DNA of 64,000 bases from Eledone cirrhosa (Eukaryota), in the NCBI GenBank assembly GCA_964016885.1, contig OZ024741.1, forward strand, positions 296,484,001-296,548,000. The letters are read 5' to 3'. Positions 62,853 through 64,000 of the stretch are shown here, piece by piece; positions within the stretch are counted from its first letter, which is position 1; each line of letters starts with the position of its first letter. The notes under the pieces are model-generated. The model had not been told where the DNA came from. It ran no database searches and saw only the letters and a program-made list of their open reading frames with translations. Both the position numbers and the translations under genes were made by a program.

Positions 62853-63118
62853 AAACGTTCGCTGGCAAAGAACGGGAAAAAACGAATACTACGTCATTAA
62901 TAGGAGCGGTGAAAAACAATTACGCGCAAAGACAAAACCACGTTTATGGTATAAAAGAGGTCGTAGACTAATGTTCTCTTAGGTGGTGCATAGAGACGTT
63001 CTCTGGCAATGAACGAAAAAACGAAGATAATAAGTCATATGTGGAGCGTGGAGAACAAAAGCACGCAAAGACAAAACCACGTAAATGGTATAGCAGAAGT
63101 CGTAGACTAAAATTCTAA
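62853..63118. repeat. Diverged tandem dimer, about 142-bp period
   Basis: ACGTTC.CTGGCAA.GAACG...CGCAAAGACAAAACCACGT...GTCGTAGACTAA occurs twice. Confidence 0.8.
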
Positions 63119-64000
63119 CTAGGAGACCAAATGAATCTCCGCTACAGAGTTAAGAACAAAGTAAATAAATACAATACAGAAGTAATAGAAACAAATAAAT
63201 ACATACACGCAAACAGATACGTACATACACAAGCATACGCAAAACCTTACCATAGGTATACAAAACCACGCACATATAAATATGTGTTTGTGTGTATGCT
63301 TGTGTACAAATAAATAAATAATTATATAAACGTATATAAGTAAATAAATACGTATATAACAAGCGCACACACATACCTACATATAAATACACGAATGTTC
63401 GGAGACGTAAGTCAACTAAAACAAGAAGTACACATATACACACACCCACCATACGTACGAACCTGCATACTCACTCGGACGCAAAACTCCCGTATACACA
63501 TAGCCAAACCCTAAATACCAGAATATGTAAAAATGATACGCCATAATAGTCAAATATACGTACGAGAAGGTATACATACCTTCACAAAACATATGGGTAA
63601 TATATACTTACCTATGCAAATAAGTAAAGGAATAAACAAAACATATACTTAGCTCCCACATCAAGACGTAAAATATCCACGTATAGATCGTGCTATCCGT
63701 TAGGGTATAACGTGGGGCTGTAATACAGGAAAGTTTTGTGCAATTTATGTTTACAAGCCGAAATTGCCTCAGATTTTTTGTTTAACCCTAATCCCAGCCG
63801 TAACCTCAACCACAGCACTAACCCCTAACCCTAACTGTAACCTCAACCTTAACCACAACCTAACCCTAACCCCAACCACAACCATTCTCTCTCCGCCCCT
63901 CTGTTTCCGGGAAATAAAGTTTTTTGTAGTATATTCGGAGGTAGGATTAATTGGTAGTGCCATAAAAAACTGAGGGGAAAAGAAATGGTAAAGAAAACTC

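Noticed and set aside
62757-63010. Possible hammerheads near GAAACGTTC
   Set aside because: No acceptable CUGANGA or UUGANAA core with closing stems.
63783-63877. Telomere-like (TAACCC)n
   Set aside because: Short, degenerate and internal; probably part of an interspersed repeat.

Overview
Eukaryotic, very AT-rich animal genomic DNA. The SINE/LINE repertoire and the long (TA)n tracts resemble a coleoid cephalopod such as octopus; this is an inference. Roughly 40% is (TA)n-derived microsatellite and there is one 200-N gap. Host genes: four phase-compatible 3' exons of an intron-containing HPDL gene on the minus strand with a 25.5-kb intron, and a candidate two-exon 107-aa gene with a SKICH-like motif pattern. 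Mobile DNA: one near-complete CR1/L2-group LINE, about a dozen RTE LINE copies from at least three subfamilies, a CRE-clade fragment, three Penelope-like GIY-YIG fragments, and Meta-type and CORE-type tRNA SINEs. The main unannotated signal is a dense set of type I hammerhead-ribozyme motifs from several unrelated repeat families, some with the compensatory U3-A8 core. They sit in (TA)n tracts, include a 541-nt retrozyme-like unit, and are repeatedly tied to fold-back palindromes whose junctions fall on ribozyme stems or in TA tracts. All structures were read by eye. Amplification or assembly chimeras are a real alternative explanation for some inversions.
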